From contig NC_091474.1 of the NCBI RefSeq assembly GCF_036971445.1, positions 9,486,001-9,550,000 on the forward strand: 64,000 nt of DNA. Reading direction: 5' to 3'. A model generated the notes under the pieces. That model saw only the letters and a program-made list of their open reading frames with translations, had not been told where the DNA came from and ran no database searches. The stretch comes from Narcine bancroftii (Eukaryota). Of this stretch, positions 11,290 through 23,112 are shown one piece after another. Positions within the stretch are counted from its first letter, which is position 1. Each line of letters opens with the position of its first letter. Made by a program: the position numbers and the translations under genes.

Positions 11290-12160
11290 TGCAATGTACG
11301 ATAAACAGCAAACAAAAAAAAGCATTAATTCAGCTTGTTCAATGGTGATGCTGTCGGCAAAAAAATTAAATAGAACTAAATTTAGCTATGCAAGCAGGGA
11401 ATTTGCAGGCTTAAGGTGTCTGTGTTGATGGTCAGTAATGTTGCCAATTTACTCTTATTGGGGTCTCCCAAAGAGGAAGTCAGAATCCAGTTGCAAAAAG
11501 AGGAAGAGTGTACCAGATCCCCCAACTTGATCATTAGTTTTGCTCGTATGATAGTATTAAATGCTGTGGTGTAGTTAATGAACAGCTTGACGGAGGAGTT
11601 CTTATGGTCCAGATGACCTAATGCAAAGTACAAGGCCAGCAAGATGGCATCCTGTCAAGCTGCTTGACAGAAGTCAAACTGAAATGGATCCCAGGTCTTT
11701 CCTGAGGCAAGAGTTTATTTGTCTCATAACCAACCCCTCCCTCAAAGCACTTCATCATAATGGACACTGGTGCCACTGATTGGTTGCCATTGAGGCAGGT
11801 CACTGATTGGTTGCCATTGAGGCAGGTCACTGATTGGTTGCCATTGACGCAGGTCACTGATTGGTTACCATTGAGGCAGGTCACTGATTGGTTGCCATTG
11901 AGGCAGGTCACTGATTGGTTGCCATTGAGGCAGGTCACTGATTGGTTGCCATTGAGGCAGGTCACTGATTGGTTGCCATTGAGGCAGGTCACTGATTGGT
12001 TGCCATTGAGGCAGGTCACTGATTGGTTGCCATTGAGGCAGATCACCTTGTTTGCTCTTCTTGGGCAGCAATATGATAGATGTCCTTTTTAAGCAAGTGA
12101 GAACCTCAGCCTATAGCAGTGAGAGGCTGAAAATGCCTGCAAAAACCCCAGCCAGTTGTA
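11290..12160 (-). mobile_element. Rex1/Babar-like LINE RT remnant hosting a minisatellite
   Basis: Minus-strand remnants VTCLN..VA..IMMKCFE, LFINYTTAFNTII and CNWIL. Confidence 0.7.
11774..12043. repeat. Minisatellite, 10 x 27 bp (CACTGATTGGTTGCCATTGAGGCAGGT)
   Basis: Ten near-perfect tandem units, seen directly and as (VTDWLPLRQ)10 in the ORF track. Confidence 0.97.
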
Positions 12161-12484
12161 CAGTATCTTTGAAGAAAGAAACATTTAAAATGTTTCAGAT
12201 TGATCATACTTTATCTGATGAAACATCACAGCCATCAACCTGAAACACAATCTTTCTTTGTCCAAAAATGTGACCTGACCTTTTCGATTTCCAGCATTTT
12301 CATTTATAATTTAATATTTCCAACAGCTGAAGTTACTTTGCATTTTGATTAACTGATGACAAATTAAGCATCATTAAGAATGACCTCCACTTTTGGAGAG
12401 AAATACAACATTTCAAATGGCATTGGACCATGAAGCACATTTCAAAATATTAAGAATAGCTTATTAACCATTTTTCTTGTAGTG

Positions 12485-12725
12485 CAGTGGTTCTCAACCT
12501 CTTTCTTTCCACTCACATGCCACTTTAAGTATTCCCTATGCCATAGGTACTCTGTGATTAGTAAGGGATTGCTTAAGGTGGTATGTGGGTGGAAAGTGTT
12601 TGAAAATCACTGTCTCGATCATACCTAATTGACTCATTATGTGCACTGTTTCAGAACTCCAAAGGATATGGGCCAATGACAATTTTTCTCAAGCAAAATA
12701 TTTCAGTAACAATTGGGCCTAGAGC
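12485..12725. mobile_element. hAT MITE (CAGTGGTTCTCAACCT terminus) plus spacer, a partial copy of the composite element at 53916-55444
   Basis: A ~125-bp near-palindromic arm is followed by the same spacer (...caatgacaatttttctcaagcaaaatatttcagtaacaattgg) found at 54955-55057. Confidence 0.75.
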
Positions 12726-14539
12726 TAGGACTTTGCTCCAGAGAGAAAAGTCCTAGCACTGATCACCTTGCCTCATAAGACATCCTGGTAAATTTGCATA
12801 GCAACCTTGAGTGATATATGAATTTGGACCCCAAGGTCCCTCTGTTCTTCCATACTGTTAAGCATCCAATCATTAACCCTGTACTCAGCCTTCAAGTTTG
12901 TTCGTGTTGCTAAATCACACAATTAGGTCATAGTGCAAAGAGCTAGGGGATTAAAGAGGTAGACTGAACAAATGGAAACAGCGGGCTTGAGGGAGGTGGT
13001 TGTGAGACAAGAGCTTAAACTCAATGACACATGATGCTCACTCTCATTGAAAATGGTGAAGCTTCATGCAAATAGGAGATAAGTGAAATCAAGAGAAAGC
13101 ATTCAAAACATAGGCTGCCATAAAGTTGCTGTGTAAAAACAATTCTCATCAAGATATTCTTATTAGTAACAGAGAGTTCCAATTACTAACAATGATGGGC
13201 ATCATTAACCAGAAACTCAAACTCACCTGAGTCAGCCATACTTAACCTGCAGGAAGTCAAAGGCTGGCAAGTGACTCACCTTATTATTAGCTAAGTCACC
13301 AATGAGAAGCATGATGGAATATTCCCCTCTGCCTAGACTGGTGTAGTTCCAACAACTCTCCCAAAGCCTGTCATTACCTAGGGCAAAGACCCCACTTGAT
13401 CACTCCCATATCCACCACAAGTGTAGATACCACTGAACACTCTCTTGCTTTTTCAATATAATTCCCCATCTCATTCTGGTCTATGTTTTGGATTTCTTCT
13501 AACAAGCCACATACCAACCTTCAGATTCAACATGAATGATGTTCTGATTATTTCAGCCTTTCCCCCACCCCCACCCCCTCAGTTCACCATTTCCTAGTAC
13601 TGCATCAGGATACATCAGATGCAACTTACACTCTCTAGTGCACCACACACTCTCTAGATCTCACCATCTTTGCATCAAATTTCTCCTCGACGTCTAACCA
13701 TCATTGATATTTCCTTTTCTCTTTCTTTTCCCTCCCCATGGATGCTGCCTAACTTTATATCACTATTTCAAGAATTCCATGTTTAGATTTCAGATTCTTG
13801 CATCTGCAATTTTTGGCTTTACAATTTCACTGAGAACTCAGCAGCATCTGAACAAAATTAGTAGTACATAATAAGAAAGTGATGGGAATAATGAAAGATG
13901 TATTGAATTATTAAGCAAATTTGAACAAACACAACTATTTGAGAGAAATGATTGCACCCCGATCCCTCCAATTGCAAAATAAATTCCAAACATATCATCC
14001 AAGACAAAATTCATTGCAGTGACAAAAATATGAATCAACTCTCAGAGACAAACCTCAGATAATAGATCCTCACCATCACACACTACATTCAAAAGATTAC
14101 AATTTGCATTATCTTGGCTGAACCAAGAGGCCCACTCACTACTGAAATCCATGTTAAGCATTCACGTCAGGTGATCCATCCCTTCACAGGAAATCCAGGA
14201 ATTACCTCTGCAAGACCATAGAGATCCTCAGAGGAAAATTCGAACCTAGATCAATTCTCACAAGAACCTCATAGATACTCCATGTCTGCAGGAGGGCATG
14301 CATGCTATCACAAGCAAAATAGTAAAATGGAGCGAAATGAGACGATTCTTATAAACAAGCTTAATGTATTCCACGCTCTCTTCAAACAGGTCTGTAGGCC
14401 AGGAGGTCCCACCACAATGTCCTCAAGCACATCTGCACCCATGGTCACCATGGGTGTCTGATGTGTCTTCCTGCAGAAACCAACTGACCTAAGGGAGTTT
14501 CTGGATGTGTCCCAAGAAGTTGCGCAGACTAACTTGCAG

Positions 14540-14960
14540 AAGTATTTGTGAACTGGAAATGTTCTGCCAACACCTGTAAGAAACTGCAGAGAATTGTGAA
14601 CGCAACTCAGACCATTGCATGAATCTCCCTTTCCACCACCCAATGCCTCAGAAAAGCAGTCATCATACCAAAGGACTCATCCCATTCTGGCCACACATTC
14701 TTCCTTATTCGACTAGGAAAAATATTTAAGAATGAGAAATTGTGCACTACCAAATTCAAGGACAGTTGTTTTCCCACCATTATCAGACTACTGAACGAAC
14801 CTCACTTAAAATAATGTTGCCCTCACTCCAACCTTATCTTTCAATGTAACCTTACCCTCTGTAATGTGTTTTATTCTGTTGTACCTATGCATGGAGAGAC
14901 TTGCTGGAAAGCACAAACCTTTTCATTGTATCCCAGTACATGTGGCAATAAATACAACTT
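14540..14960 (+). mobile_element. Old Rex1/Babar-like LINE 3' fragment
   Basis: Remnants of KLQRIV, KDSSHSGH..F and FFPTIIRLLN. Confidence 0.55.
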
Positions 14961-15144
14961 ATAACTTTTCTGAACTTGTATCTGTGGTTCAACCACACAA
15001 AAAAGTATCAATAAACAAACTGCAAGACTATTTAGCCAATCCAGAGGGCAAAACAATTATGGGATGCATTAATGTAATTCCACACATTTCAACTGATATT
15101 ATAAATCCTTCATTAGAAAGAGAATGATAGCCATAAAAGACCAA

Positions 15145-15328
15145 CAAGCTGCTGTAATGGCAGCATTGCCTCTGGTGTGGACCCACAGAGAGCAGGGAGT
15201 GAAGTCTCAGTGCTCCCCCGTGGGGTCTAAATGCCCAAGCTGCTGTAATGGCAGCATTGCCTCTGGTGTGGACCCAAAGAGAGCAGGGAGTGAAGTCTCA
15301 GCGCTCCCCCGTGGGGTCTAAATGCCCA
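15145..15328. repeat. Tandem duplication, 2 x 91 bp
   Basis: caagctgctgtaatggcagc...ggggtctaaatgcc starts at 15145 and again at 15236, with about 2 mismatches. Confidence 0.9.
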
Positions 15329-16093
15329 GTCCAACTGCAGTCGGCTCTGTACTGGCTTTAAACAGCCTGTTAAACAGCTGAAGTGGTTTATTTTAAAGTC
15401 CCATGACCATGGGGCTTGGCCCAAGAAGGTGGGCACAAGGGGTTGCAGACTCTGCAGAAGCAGGACACTAGAAAACAGGGAGACCCCTGATTTTGAGAAA
15501 AGGAAACAGAGGAGACAATCCATATGGCAGTGACCTTGGCAGCAGACCAGTGAGAAGGGCTCGGAGCCTGAAGAACACACATGAGCCAGGCTGTAGTGAC
15601 TCAAGACAAGGAACTTACAAAGAACTTGGGCTGCTAGTGACTGCAATCAAAGGACTCAGAGCAGGTTGGGAACTGCTGGAGACTGGCTGAAGGGGTACCA
15701 GCAACTGGAACCAGAATATGAGAGGGCACTGGAGGCCTCTGAGTGTGTCAGAGATGTGCATCTGGAGTTCGGGTTGCTGATGGTTTGGACTGGAGGCAAA
15801 GCCATGAACATTCAGTGACACTGGGGAATGGGGCAGAGGGTGTCTCCTTTTTGCTTCTCTGGCTCTAAGAAATGATGGGCAATTTTTGCTGATAACGAAT
15901 CTTTGTCAGCCTGCCAGATGTCTGAAGGAAATTCCATGCAATATCACATTTTCAATTTTATCACAGGACTACAAAATTAATATTGAATCCAAGTCCCTCA
16001 AAGCTGGAGAGGTAAACAGCCATTGTTTTTGGCTGAAAATTTGATTTGATAACAGCCCATAAAAATATATTGTTGACTTGGGCTTTTGCTTAC

Positions 16094-17045
16094 CTGTCCC
16101 ATCACGACTATTGTATGGCCATCCACCAACCGTAAGCATTGATGGCGTTGGGGAGCTCGCTCTGCTGTCCACTTCAACATGCTGTGTAATATGGCGCACT
16201 GTTTGCTTATTTTTGCGATTCTTTTTCCGGCCAGGCAACTGCCACACCTCAGGGACCTGATCAGAAAATGCACTCTGTGCTGAAGTGTTACTTTTTCCAA
16301 GGTGGGCTTCTCTCAATTCAGAACCTCCATAATGTGAGGGAGATATCTGTTCCTCCTTGACTCGAAATGAATTGTAACCAATGTCACTTGACCAGAGTGA
16401 TTGTGAAGAGATGTCATCATGACTGTCAGTTTTCTGCTCATGTTCCTCTTTGCTGTAGCTACTCCCACCATCATGACAACTTGCAATCGCTGAATCTCCA
16501 GAAGAATTTGCTGGACTTGTCCGTCGTCTTTCCAACCAAGGAGAATTACTCCTGCCCACTGCTACTGGTGTTACAATATCAATGCTGCTGCTTGAGGGGG
16601 CTCCCATATCATACTCCATAATGTCGTCTGACGGCTCAGTCTTTATACTGATATCTAAAGCTGCCTTGATAAAACTATGACATGCCTGAACTATGTCTGT
16701 CATCTGCAAATAGCTTGCAGCTGACATTACCTCAATGACATTCTTGCTTGTCAATGCTAGGTGCGCAGAGTACATAAAATCTATGATTACTTTGAAACCT
16801 TGTGCAGTGACGATGTCCAAATGAGTCACAGTAGCCTGATCTGAAGACATCTTCTGCACCTGACAGTACAAAGTCTTGAAGTAGCGGCTACTGCCAAGCA
16901 GGACATTTTTATGCGCCTTGAAGATTTTTCCCTCCACAATAATGCACACATCACAAAGGATGCCATGCTGTCGCTGTTCATTTAATTCCCTTAACAAGTG
17001 GCGGTAGTGTGATGGGATTTCCATATCATCTTTTCGATTGTCCAT
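16094..17045 (-). CDS. ZBTB46: ZBTB46 (zinc finger and BTB domain-containing 46), first coding exon: BTB domain and linker
   Basis: MDNRKDDMEIPSHYRHLLRELNEQRQHGILCDVCIIVEGKIFKAHKNVLLGSSRYFKTLYCQVQK...SPANSSGDSAIASCHDGGSSY closely matches vertebrate ZBTB46 as I recall it. Acceptor ttttcttcgctttaatag| places the exon start at 17073. Donor CAG|gtaagc lies at 16094/16093 (phase 1, 952 coding nt). Confidence 0.95.
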
Positions 17046-20000
17046 TGAAAGATATTGTTGTTGCTTTTGAATTCTATTAAAGCGAAGAAAAAAATCAGTT
17101 TCATAAATAAAAATATGGCTTTGCCTACAAGACATCTTCCTGATAATAGCATTCTATTCCAACATTTACAAAGTCAACTCATTGTTATTTAATGGTTCAG
17201 ATCATGGATAATCAAAGCAAAATAGGATATTTCATCACAAATAAAGACAGTGCTCAAAACAGACACAGTGTGTGCAAGCAGACAAAGTGTTACTATTCAG
17301 GTTATAGGCCTCATTTTTTTCTGCAAAGGGGTTGCTTAACCTACATTTTTCCTCTCTGATGTAGAATGCATCACATTATAACCAAGCAATGGAGCTTGCT
17401 AATTTTTTTTTTCCTTAAACTCCCATCATACCCCACATTAATATTTGTGAAGTCAAGGCGGGAAGTTGCAATTAGAAAACAACAGAATCCTTCAATAAAA
17501 TCCAAATACAGCTCAATTTGAAATATTTTTAGCATAAGTGGAATAAAATAACAAGTTAATGATTAGTTTTCTCCCAACATTTTAAAAGATTTCAAAGAAA
17601 TACATCTTAGGTTTCCTTCATTGTTCAATCACAGCAGATAAATGGTTTTTGTGAAATTAATCCATTTAGATCACTTTTTTTATTATACAGATTCTTTTCA
17701 CATGGAGATGAAATTTTAGAATTTTCTACCACCAGCAAAGAATGCTGAGCAATTTGATAAATTCAGCCTTGAAATTGCTTTCAAGACTAGGGGAGAAAGT
17801 GGAGTTGAACCCAGTGATCAGATTATTGTATGATAGAGCAGGCTCAACGTGGTGTATGGTCAACTTCTGCTTCCAATTTGTGCTCCAACTACATTATAGA
17901 AAAACACAGCTGTTTATATGATTATAATAATATTTCTATTTTATTGCACTTGCTTTCAATATCAATCACATTTTCTCTGAAATGACACAATAATAAAGCT
18001 TTGGCAATCTTTTAATTTTAATTGTCTCTGGGTATTTCTTACCATAACCATCAAGTGAATCAACCAAGTTGATTGCCAAACTCAAAAATCACAGACCTGA
18101 AACATCAATTATTTTTTTCCACAAATATTGCCCAATTTTGCTGCACGTGCCAGCATTTTCTCCCTGATTTCCAGCATGTTCAGTCCTCATGGACCCCCCC
18201 CCCGCCCCTTTCTTCATGATTGATCTCAACAACAAAATAACTGAAGATTAGGCCACTAGAACCGATCATGCTTGCTCCATTCCATAATCCAAAAGTTAAC
18301 TTTTGACCATTTCATCACAGTTCCAAAATCCTTTTATCACAGGTGGGTGCTTTAACCATATAACTGTTTACGGCGTGGAAACAGGCCATGTCTGCCCTTC
18401 AAATCCATGCCGATTCACTTGCCAATGCCCCGGGGCAGTTAGTCCCAACAGTGTTTACATAGGATGGCGGTCACTTCCGTGAGGCCTTGGCAGGCTGCAG
18501 GAGTCTTCGTGGAGTGCCCAGCGATGGGGGTCTGTGTGGCAGCTTTGGTGCTTTGGAAAAAAAAATCTATTCTTTCCATAGGCATAAATGTTTTTATGCT
18601 AAATCCATGATTCCCAGTTCAAGAAGTACTGGACTGAAGGAGCAGACCATCATCTATCCTTTAAACTGCCTCCAGAAATTTCAGACATTTTATTTGAACA
18701 CAGATTCTCTATTGTGTCCCAAAGAAATGGATCTCCATGTAAATGTACTTTATTTAACATGTTTGAATATGCTTGATTTTGTTCAATGATGATGAAATGT
18801 TTCCTTGTTGACACATCTTCCATACAAAAACCAGACATTCAATTAATAACTAATAATTTGCAATGATTATAATGTAATCTTATTTTGCTTACTGTCTTTC
18901 TTTCTCCCGCTGTCCTTCCCCTTCGTCAATGTAGTGCCAGTTTCTTCCCATTTTGTCCCCAGGATTGTTCACAATTTCCCAGTTGTTTGAAATGATGAGG
19001 AATCCTACCTAGAAGCAAATCATAAATGTTCCATTATTGTACAAGAACATAACTTTTAAAATGCTATTAGTGCCAAGAATTAATAATTTCAGCTGAGAGT
19101 TACTTTTCAAATTGTGTCTAAATTGATCATTGATTTTTTTTTGTGAATTCTTAAAAATAACTAACCATTATTTGTCACTTCTCATTTGTATGTTACTCTT
19201 TTCTCCTGCTCTGAACAGAGGACGATCATGATTGCTCAATAAAAAAAATAAGAATTATGAGAGAATAAACTAGGATAAACACATGCAAAACAGAAGAATC
19301 TAACGTTATTTACTGCTCGCATCTTCACAAAAGGAAACCTATCCCTCAATAAAAGTCTAATAAATACAAATAATGCTTTATTTACAATCAGATCTACTCT
19401 GCTTACAATGGACAACATTTGAAAAAAAAATAAAGATGCAAGAAAGTTTTACTTGTAAACCTTAAAAGTTTTCTGAAAAAAAAAATGACAAATTGTGGGG
19501 AAATTAAGGCGTAAAAACAAATCAAATGTGCTCCAAATTCAAAATCTTGGAATTTATGATTTTTAAAAAGATATTATTGGTCAGGCCAGTACTTAATCTC
19601 CATTCACAATTCTCCCAAAAGGAAACTGATGACAATTTCTTAAACCATCACAGTTTTTGCAGGGCAAGTACAGCACTGGTTGATAACATCTCGACCCAAT
19701 GACAATGAAAAAGTGTCGCAGCACAATGTCAAAGAAATCCAAGTAACAATGGTTATGACTGGCAACTTGCAGTTCATGGCTATGTGCAGAAAAAGGTGGT
19801 TTCAATGCACTTAACCTAATATAAAATTTGTTCACTAGTATAAATTCAGGTTCCTAACAATAAATTTGAAGGAACCGGTTAACTTGAAAGTAAACTCAAA
19901 ATGCATTTCAATTCACTTATCCAAAGGCAATAAATCAGTCCTACTCTCTAACTAATCTCATGTTACTTTATTTTCTCACAAATATGGCCACAAATTAATA

Positions 20001-20391
20001 ACATACAAAATTACCTTCTACATTATTGCTGCATGTAAGATCATTTTACAATGAGGGATTTCTAAAGTGTGGAAAACTATGCCATTAGAAGAAATTCAGC
20101 AATCAATTTGACATGATGCTTATATACCTTCATTTGGTTGTGTCCATAAGGAACCTATTGTTGCAAATGACTTTCTAATCATTGGGAAGGAAAAACAAAA
20201 GACCAGACTCAATTTTTACCCCAGATTCCTAAACTTTTCTTGAATATTTTAAATTGTTCAAGCATTAAATATACATTGGCTTAATTACTGACAAACTCGA
20301 ATACTTTTTGAAACCAAATATATTCACTAACATAGCACTTATGTGGTACTGACAGTTGGCTCAGCATTGGGTACAATTTAACCAGCTGTCA

Positions 20392-20892
20392 AGATTATTC
20401 CTCTGACCATTGCAAGCTGGTCTTATTCTTTGAAAGCCATTTAGATAGTGAAAGGTCTCAATGGTGAGATTGGATGTTACTCAATGAAACTGCCAGTGGG
20501 AGAGCTGTGACAGGTAAGTATGGTTTTTGTGTGGAATTGAGCAGTGCGTGGAGGCAGTTTACCAAAGTCAGAGATTTCCTGGCTTTTCATTCTTAGACAT
20601 CATGTATGAGGTCAACTCCAAATTGAAATGCCAACATTGGTGAATCGCCTCCTGCCTCAGTGATGATCAATGAACATAATATTCATAGTGTAGTCTCACC
20701 ACAACAGCTTCAGCATCATCTGTTCTGACTTCCATTCCACTCTTTAACTGCATATCATCACATTCTATTTAGTCTGTTCATTCTTGTTCTGCAATAACTA
20801 GATGTTGAGCACCATATCAATTAAAACATTTTACAAATTGATCCTTTGCTAGCTTGACAAGAACACAAGAATCTTTGCACTTCCTTCTTTAT
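20392..20892. repeat. Source copy of a 501-bp local direct duplication
   Basis: Matches 21648-22148, with 2 mismatches seen. Confidence 0.95.
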
Positions 20893-21094
20893 CAATTTCA
20901 CCTTCACCCCACCCCCCCTCACATATTCAATTCATAACATTTAAAAAAACACAGCTAAGATTTATTTGAAGTGCCAGTGTACACATTTAACACTAATGGC
21001 ATACAGAACAACTCTGATTCTCCAAAATCTGATTCTCCAAAATCCTCGGTTATCCAAATTTTTTTTTAAGTTGGATAAACGCGGATCTGAAACA

Positions 21095-21647
21095 AATCTC
21101 CCTCTGTGACTCCCTGAAACACTTCTCCCTTCCCACCAACCACCACCTTGGCACCTACAACCACAGGAGCTGTAGCACCTGTGCCCACACAATCTCCCTC
21201 ACCATTATTTTCCCCAAACAGTCCTCCCAAGTAAATCCAAAGGGGTCACCAACTGCTTCCAGTGCTCCCATTGTTGTATCCACTGAATTGGAGAGACTGG
21301 ATGCAGATTGGGAGATTCCTTCATTGAGTACCTCAGCTCCATCCACTGCAACAGAAGGGATCTCCCAGTGGTCATCCATTTCAATTCCCCACCCCATTCC
21401 CTTGCTGACACACCCATCCATGGGCTCATGCACTGCCAGATAAGATTACCTGCAAATTGGAGGAACAACAACTCAAATTCCATCTGGACACCCTCCAACC
21501 AGATAGCACAAACAGACTTCTCTGGTTTCTGTTAGGGCCAACCCTTCTCCCTCCCCCCTCCAATCTTACCCATACATCTCCTTCATCTAGCTTTGCGTCT
21601 TTCTCTTCCCTTTTCCCTGTCTCCTTTCCCCAAGCTCTGCTGCATTC
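21095..21647 (+). mobile_element. Penelope-like (GIY-YIG) element remnant, resuming at 22192-22362
   Basis: Remnants IGETGCRLGDSFIEYL, HFNSPPHS and KLEEQQLKFHL.TLQP, typical of PLE endonucleases. Confidence 0.7.
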
Positions 21648-22148
21648 AGATTATTCCTCTGACCATTGCAAGCTGGTCTTATTCTTTGAAAGCCATTTAG
21701 ATAGTGAAAGGTCTCAATGGTGAGATTGGATGTTACTCAATGAAACTGCCAGTGGGAGAGCTGAGACAGGTAAGTATGGTTTTTGTGTGGAATTGAGCAG
21801 TGCGTGGAGGCAGTTTACCAAAGTCAGAGATTTCCTGGCTTTTCATTCTTAGACATCATGTATGAGGTCAACTCCAAATTGAAATGCCAACATTGGTGAA
21901 TCGCCTCCTGCCTCAGTGATGATCAATGAACATAATATTCATAGTGTAGTCTCACCACAACAGCTTCAGCATCATCTGTTCTGACTTCCATTCCACTCTT
22001 TAACTGCATATCATCACATTCTATTTAGTCTGTTCATTCTTGTTCTGCAATAACTAGATGTTGAGCACCATATCAATTAAAACATTTTACAAATTGATCC
22101 TTTGCTAGCTTGACAAGAACACAAGCATCTTTGCACTTCCTTCTTTAT
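21648..22148. repeat. Inserted copy of 20392-20892
   Basis: Direct sequence match. It interrupts the Penelope-like element. Confidence 0.95.
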
Positions 22149-22168
22149 TAGGGTTAGGGTTAGGGTTA
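22148..22168 (+). repeat. Short interstitial telomeric repeat (TTAGGG)3TTA
   Basis: ttagggttagggttagggtta sits exactly at the end of the duplicated segment. Confidence 0.9.
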
Positions 22169-22369
22169 AGCATCAGGTAAAGCATTTATCCTTCTTCCAA
22201 TCAATTCTCACATTTCCTCTTTTCTGTCCTCTTATCGATATCCAATTACTACCTTTTGTCTGTTGGTCTGTACTCTTCCCCCTGCTCTTTCTTCCCTTCA
22301 TCCCATCATTTTAATTCAGGGGCCTGCCTGCTTTGTACTCATACTTTAAAGAAGGGCTCAGGCAACTTC

Positions 22370-23112
22370 AGCAAAGAGGAAGCACACAGAAGTGAGATAG
22401 ATCAGCCAGTTGAGTGGTGTCACAACAATAATCTTACATTCAACATTAGCAAAACTAAGGAATTAATTGTGGATTTCAGGAAGGGGAAAATCAGGAGAAC
22501 GTGAACCAATCCTCATCAAGGGGTCAACAGTGGAGAGGGTAAAGTACTTCAAATTTCTTGGTATGTCAACATCTCTGAAGATCTATCCTGGGGCCAATGC
22601 AATCATAAAGGCGGCTCACCAGCAGCTAGATTTCATTAGGAGCCTTGCTAATTTCTACAGGTGGAGAGCATTTTGACTGGTTGCATCTCTGTCTGGTATG
22701 AGATGCCAATGCACACAACAATATAAGACTACAGAGGGTTGCAATGTCAGCCAGTGCCATCGTGGGCATTAGTCTTCACTCCATTAAGATGTCTCAAGAA
22801 AGTAGCCTTAAAGTACCCTCACCATCAAGGCCATGCTCTTTTCTCACAGCTAGCATCAGGCAGGAAGTACAGGAGCCTGAAGATGCACACCCAATGTTAC
22901 CAAAACAACTTCTTCCCCTCCACCATCAGATTTCCGAGCAGACAATGAACCTATAGACATGACCTCACTTTTTTTTCCTCTTTTTTGCTCCATTTTTAAA
23001 TATTGTATTTATGGAACAGTAATTTATTGCAATTTTGCACCTGTAATGCACAATCCTGCTGCTGCAAAACAACAAATTTTGTAACACGTTCATGACAATA
23101 AACTCGATTCTG
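22370..23112 (+). mobile_element. Rex1/Babar-like LINE 3' fragment
   Basis: Remnants of WCHNNNLTFNISKTKELIVDFRK, VERVKYFKFLG and HALFSQLASGRKYRS. Ends in aataaactcgattctga. Confidence 0.75.

Noticed and set aside
11618-12092. Repeat-protein ORFs (VTDWLPLRQ)n and (VTCLNGNQS)n
   Set aside because: By-products of a 27-bp minisatellite inside a dead LINE, open in several frames.
1-16000. Downstream ZBTB46 exons (zinc fingers)
   Set aside because: No matching peptide was found in the ORF track or by eye, so they presumably lie outside the window.
15969-17135. 388-aa single-exon BTB protein as given by the ORF track
   Set aside because: Both ends run into intron. A canonical acceptor at 17074 and donor at 16093 delimit the true exon, and homology starts at M-17045.
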